Source: Setoptus koraiensis (taxonomy: Eukaryota > Animalia > Arthropoda). Taken from it: a stretch of 64,000 bases of DNA. Of the stretch, positions 58,591-64,000 are shown one piece after another (position 1 is the stretch's first letter; each line of letters begins with the position of its first letter). The stretch lies in assembly GCA_048013815.1 (NCBI GenBank), contig CM106586.1:3410001-3474000 (forward strand), in the 5' to 3' direction. Made by a program: the position numbers and the translations under genes. A model generated the notes under the pieces. The model ran no database searches. It was given only the letters and a program-made list of their open reading frames with translations, and was not told the DNA's origin.

Positions 58591-59959
58591 CAAACCGACA
58601 ACAAACCGACAACAAACCGACAACAAACCGACAACAAACCGACAACAGACCGACGACAGACCGACGACAGACCGACAACGGCGAGCATTTGACCACTTTG
58701 CACCGACAGTGCGCCGTCTAACCGTTTAGTTTAGTAACCGACACACTCTCTCGCCGGAGTCTCGCACAAAGTCGCTGTCGATGATGACCGACGATGGCCG
58801 AATGACCCAACGACCGACACCGTTTGCTGCTGGCCGAAATGGTGCTCGAAAGGCTGCTGCTGCTGTTGCCGCTGCATCAGTGAATGTAATCAGTGATGCA
58901 ATATCACTCACTATACTATAACTATGCCGCAATTGCCACCGTTGGTCTCCATGATGATGATGCAATTATTTGCGGTTATCGCGCGCATTATTCATTATAC
59001 GTTACAACGTTGTCGTAATATGACTGTCATATTATGACCGGCAGTCATAATATGACAACATTATTCAAACATTGCGCCGTTTTGGCACACTCGCTTCATC
59101 GGGCCCCCGCAATCAGATGACTCAATCACTCATCAACTGACTGTCAGTGTTACTGACATGTCATGTAATGATGTAATGATTCATTTGGTGCGATGGCACC
59201 GCAATGTGAGCCCACCAACTGACCGGCCAATACGACACAAGCCAAACAAAGGCAACCTTTCGACACTGTGAGCGCGTCAGTGTTGCTCGGCTCTAGCGTC
59301 TTGCCACTGCAGTGGACACACAATTGGCAACAAGCTGCCACCCGACAGACGCTTGACCCAATAAGTTGTGTTGCGTAACAAATGTTATGCAAATGTGAGC
59401 CGGCGTGCGCAGCATCACAACGCATTGGCATTGCTTGAGATTGGCTGGCAGAGAATTGAGACAAGTGCAACTTGCGCAATCAAACAAGCGAGTGTAAACA
59501 AGTGTAAACAAAATGGTCGTTTGTGCCACTCGACTGCGTGCAAACAATGCCGCTACAATGACCATACATCCACAAGTGCGTAATGGCGCGGCTCACCTGG
59601 TGGCTCATCAGCTCATTGATGAGCATCGATCAGCTGCTTGTGACAGCGACGATAACATGCGACCATGGCACCACTTGAGCCGGCAAGCTTGCGACGGTGA
59701 GTTGTGAGTGGCCAATTTGGGCCGTATTAATAATCGCGTATTACATAATATATTATTATTAATTGTTGTTGTTTACATTCGATATTTACACATTGTTGGC
59801 AGTGGCAACAACAAGTGCCCACTGGGCAATTTCAGCTTTGGGCTATAATAATAAGTTATTATTAATAACATTTCGAAAGCTTCCACATGCCCACTAATAG
59901 TTAAAAGCTAACTAATAGCGGCCAGTGTGTTTGTGGCGCAACATTTTGTTGTTGTGTTG
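58591..59959. repeat. Duplicated segment B, copy 2, beginning in an (AAACCGACAAC)n minisatellite
   Basis: Homologous to 40383-41709 in the same orientation. Confidence 0.95.
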
Positions 59960-61850
59960 CATAAATTGCAGCGTGCTTTAACTGGCTGATGGTGGCCGGC
60001 GGTGGCCAGTTGTCGCCAGTTACAATTAACTCGATTATGGCCACTCGGCTCACTCGGTCGGTTGAGGTCAAGCGGTTGCGCCCCCGCACCAGACAATAAT
60101 AATAACACAGCGCACAGTTAATTACACGTAAACAACATTGTAAACAGCAGCATGCCAAGCATGTGAATGCGTTTATGCAAAGCAGTCGAGTGGCTCACCT
60201 GAGTGCCAGCAGTGATAGCATTTGTTGTTGTTGTTTATTTGTTTGTTGGACATGTCTCGAGATGTATCTTGCCAGATGAGAGGCAGTGCAATATGGCGAC
60301 ACGGCTATGCGGCAATGAGCCAATGACGCAACAGTTGACTGTTAGGTGGCGCCAGCATTGTTTTGTCAGCATGCATGAGGCATGAGAGTGACTGTAGAGC
60401 GGTTGTTGCTGGCAACATTGCGCAACGCACCATGCGGGAGTAAACATTGTTGTCGCTAATTGAACAACAACAACAACCTGTAACAATAGTGACGCCGGCC
60501 ATTAAACGGGCATCGGATGGGACCACCAGCAACGAGTTGATAATGTAATAATAGCCGGCCGGGCCGGATTAGGCATGAACGTCGGGATGAACATTGGAAC
60601 GAGCATTGAAACGAACATTCGAATGAACATTGAAACGAACAGTGAAACGGCCATTCGAATGAACATTCAGACTTTGCAATAACTGTTACTGCAAACGATT
60701 ATTTATAAACTGTGTGCGCAACTATAAATACAGTTTATTAGCTCATTATCCGCGGCTAAGCTGTGCGTGGGCGACCGCACTTGTGGGCCGCGCTGAAACT
60801 GATGAAATTAATTATGTAACTCTACTCACTCATGGCAACATGACTAACAGCGCAACTGATAACATCGCACAAGCGGGCCAGCGATGCAACTTGAGCCGAT
60901 CAGATGGCGCTGCACGTTGGTTGCAATTTGTTAGCGATTTGCCGGAAATTTGGCAAGCTCGGTAAGCTCGGCAAGCTTGCCAAGTTTGCCAAGTTTGCCA
61001 AGTTTGCCTGATTTGCCGTCCAACGGCCGACGGGCAACGGGCACACAGCTTGCGATACAAGTGGCCAGCCTTGTGTCGTTACTAATGGATACACGGCTGA
61101 AAATGTCGCCGAAAATATTTTCAACTATCACACATTTTCAACATTTACATAACAAATTAAATGTTGTCAAATATTCAGGTCGAGCAGAAGAGCCAAGCCA
61201 GAGATTTGGCGACAAGTTTCAACAGTGTAATTGTGACATGTTCGGACAGTGTAATTGCGACGGGCGGTGTAGGTGGCGTGACCGTCATCAATCATGATCG
61301 GCTATGCTAATTTATTTGTTGGTTTTCCATTATTATCAATGCCAATTTGTCGCCAACTGTTGACACGGCCGCTGCAAATTGATACGGCTGCCTCGAATTG
61401 ACACCAGAAACCGTTTACAAACTGACCATTTGTTTGGCGCTTCAGCTGATTTGTGGTGGCCGGCGCATCCGCTTTGCGCCACATTGATGCGGGTGCGGGT
61501 GTGCGGGCCGTCGACGGGCCGTCGACGAGCAACCTGGAAACAGGAAGTGGACGCGTCGTGTGATGCGGGCAACTGCCACCGCAACCGATACTAGCGAGTC
61601 GTCGGGCATCGCCGAGTCAGCGGCGGGTATTGCCCAATGGTGGCCACTTGTGGCTCCGAATTGAATTAATTCGAACTTCGAAGGAATTATTCGCTGAAAT
61701 TATTTGCTTATCAACGATGAGTCACCATCAACAGCCAGTTGCCAGCTTTGCTGACCCAGACCCAGCTGAGCTGACCTTGCCCAAAACCGTCACGCTGCAA
61801 CGTGATCTCACGTGACCGCTGCGCTGGCAGCTATTTCGTATTCGTATGCT

Positions 61851-61900
61851 GGTTGCGTCATTTGGCGTCATTTGGCGTCATATTGCGTCATGTTGCGTCA
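61851..61900. promoter_or_regulatory. 10-bp-period array of GCGTCA (TGACGC) half-sites, three as TTGCGTCA
   Basis: ggttgcgtca tttggcgtca tttggcgtca tattgcgtca tgttgcgtca, read directly. Confidence 0.4.
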
Positions 61901-63680
61901 TGTTGCTTCGCTTGGCTCCCTGTTGCCGCTGTCAAACAATTTGGCGAGTTAGCCGAATTGACATTGAATGTATATATTATTATATGTCATATTATGTAAC
62001 GCTGTAAATGTTGTGCCAAGTATGACACTGCTGCCTGCCATATGATGCAATATTGTTGCAAACAATTATCAGCTGAGCAGATCAGCAGCACGGTTGCATC
62101 ATGCAGCGACGACAGCGCACTGTCGGACAGTGCGCTGTCAGCTGATGCAGCCGGTGCACCACCAAATGTGTTGTGGTTGTTGTTGCACTTGCTCGCTCGC
62201 CAGGCCAGTGTCAATGGCCTGGCGAGCGAGCTTGCGGCGCCAAGATGCGCCAACACTGCATGGTTGCGTCATTGCGCCAGTGCGACATTGCGACATTTGT
62301 GGCAGTCGGAAACAGGCTCTTCCGACTGACTTCACTTGCTGCCAGCAGCGCCAACAAGTAAAGCCAAACGAAGCCAGCGAAATTGCGAACAGCCCAAGGA
62401 GCGGAAAAGATTGGCTCGTCGGGCGGCTCGGTCAAGCCGCCGACCAGCCACAGCCGAGTCGTATGCGAGTGGCCGACAAGTGCGAGGGCGCTCGCAAAAA
62501 CTGAGCTCGGCACGACTGGCCGCAGCTCGAAATTGTGGCTAATCTAATCTGAGCAGTTCGGTGATTTATGATCCATGTCACTGTTGCGCCGGTTGTCATG
62601 GCGACGCAGCCTCGGCACCATCGCACCATCGCAACAGCGGCACCAACAGCAACAGGTGAGCCGGTCGCAAGCGCCGCTGCTGTGAGAAGAAGCGTTGCCA
62701 AAGAAATTGGCCGAGTTGCGGCTCGTTGCCGGCGGCTTGCGGTGCCCGTATGGGCACCGCGGTGACGGGTGCCGCCATGGAAACGAGCGCAAATGAAAAC
62801 AAAACAAGCGCCTCGTGACGACAACATTGTGACATTGTGCAATGATGACGCAATTGTTGCCCGTTCCCTCTTTTTGCCGGCCCGTTTCTCTTTTTTGCCG
62901 GCCCGCTCCCTGTTGGCGAGCTCACGAGTCGTTGCGTTAGCTGCGCAGCCTGGCGGCCTCACCTGTCGCCTGTTCTAATGGAGTCGCCTGTTCCAATGGA
63001 GAGTCGTGGTCAACAGGCGACAGGAGAAGCCAATGAGTGGCCGCACTGGCAACGCGCGCCGCCACTGTCGACACGACAACATGTTGGCAGCATGGGTACA
63101 AGTGCACGACAGGTGAACGGGGTTTTTTGCAAGTTGGTGCAACAAGTTGGCCGAGAAGAAGTTTTTCAACTTGTCAACTGGTTCAATTTCTGCGCACTGT
63201 TGTTGTCGCCGTCAATGGGCACAAGATGCACTCTTGCAGCAAGACTCTCGCAGCAACAGGCAGTCATTTTTGGTGGCGCCAGCGTTCACGGCTTAACGGC
63301 TTTACGGCACCATCGAGCGTATCATCAATTAGAATTAGCCACTTCCGGCTGACCAGTTGTTGCACTGGCGCTCACTGTCCTGCCGCTAATGTGTTTAGAC
63401 CTATATGCTGTCACGGTGTTACTATCATAGTATTGCTATGTGATTCACATAATGTGAACGAGTGTGTGCGTGTGTGTGTGTGTGTATTAATGGCGCCAGT
63501 TAATTAACAATTGACAAGCCAGTCGAGTTTATTGAACTCAAACTGGCTAATGAGCCAACCAACTGGCCAGTGACCAATGAGCCGGCTAACGAGCGAGCGC
63601 ATTCACAATGGATGGCGCGCACAATTTCGGCTGCAGTCAGCTGAGTCGCCGCTTGCCGGCTACATTGTGCCGCAACAGTA

Positions 63681-63762
63681 TGCAACATTATGTAACAATG
63701 TGCAATGTTATGTAACAGTGTGCGACGTTATGTAACAGTGTGCAGCATTATGTAACAGTGTG
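63681..63762. promoter_or_regulatory. 20-bp tandem repeat carrying four PAR/E4BP4 D-boxes (RTTATGTAAC)
   Basis: Exact matches to RTTAYGTAAY at 63687, 63707, 63727 and 63747. Confidence 0.5.
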
Positions 63763-64000
63763 GAACATTCTGTGCATTATGTGCGGTATCAACAGTATTT
63801 ACAGTGCGCACAGCGTGCAGGATACATTTGTGCGGACCTCCGAGTGCGCTATGGAATCCATAGTCGATTGTCGCCAGCACAGGTGAGCCTCTGGCCGGAC
63901 AATTGACAGCAATTGCCTATTGACCTGCTCACAAGTTGTCAGTTGTTGTGCCACACAACTTGTGTGTGTGTGTGCAAAGAACAATTGCATCGGCACGGAA

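Noticed and set aside
46483-63762. CRISPR-like arrays
   Set aside because: All arrays are head-to-tail tandems without unique spacers, there are no cas genes, and the DNA is eukaryotic.

Overview
Eukaryotic animal DNA. Gene content, the very short intergenic distances and the scarcity of introns suggest a compact arthropod genome, plausibly an acariform or eriophyoid mite (inference only). Bases 1-39.5 kb are gene-dense. They hold an orphan secreted protein, Sgf11, a divergent GNPNAT1-like acetyltransferase, GCSH, a spliced lipase, an unusual papain-family protease, a small membrane ORF, a Tc1/mariner remnant, WIP/verprolin, a truncated Trio, POLE2, TTLL4, vrille, RAB5IF, RABGGTA and SSBP1. 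Bases 39.5-64 kb hold only the 3' exons and large, GC-rich, micro-duplication-rich introns of one minus-strand gene: a furrowed/CG9095-type receptor with F-type lectin, C-type lectin, sushi and TM domains. I did not find its 5' exons. Four signals stand out. (1) PAR/E4BP4(Vrille) and C/EBP-type bZIP consensus sites are strongly enriched in that non-coding domain, several as 10- or 20-bp-period tandem arrays, and there is also a Scratch/Snail-site array; vrille itself lies nearby. (2) A duplicated, splice-compatible cytoplasmic exon of the receptor overlaps the SSBP1 stop codon antisense and shows mostly synonymous divergence. (3) An unidentified structured GC-rich island sits upstream of GCSH. 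(4) Several proteins are streamlined or overlap their neighbours. All calls come from reading the sequence by eye, without database searches.
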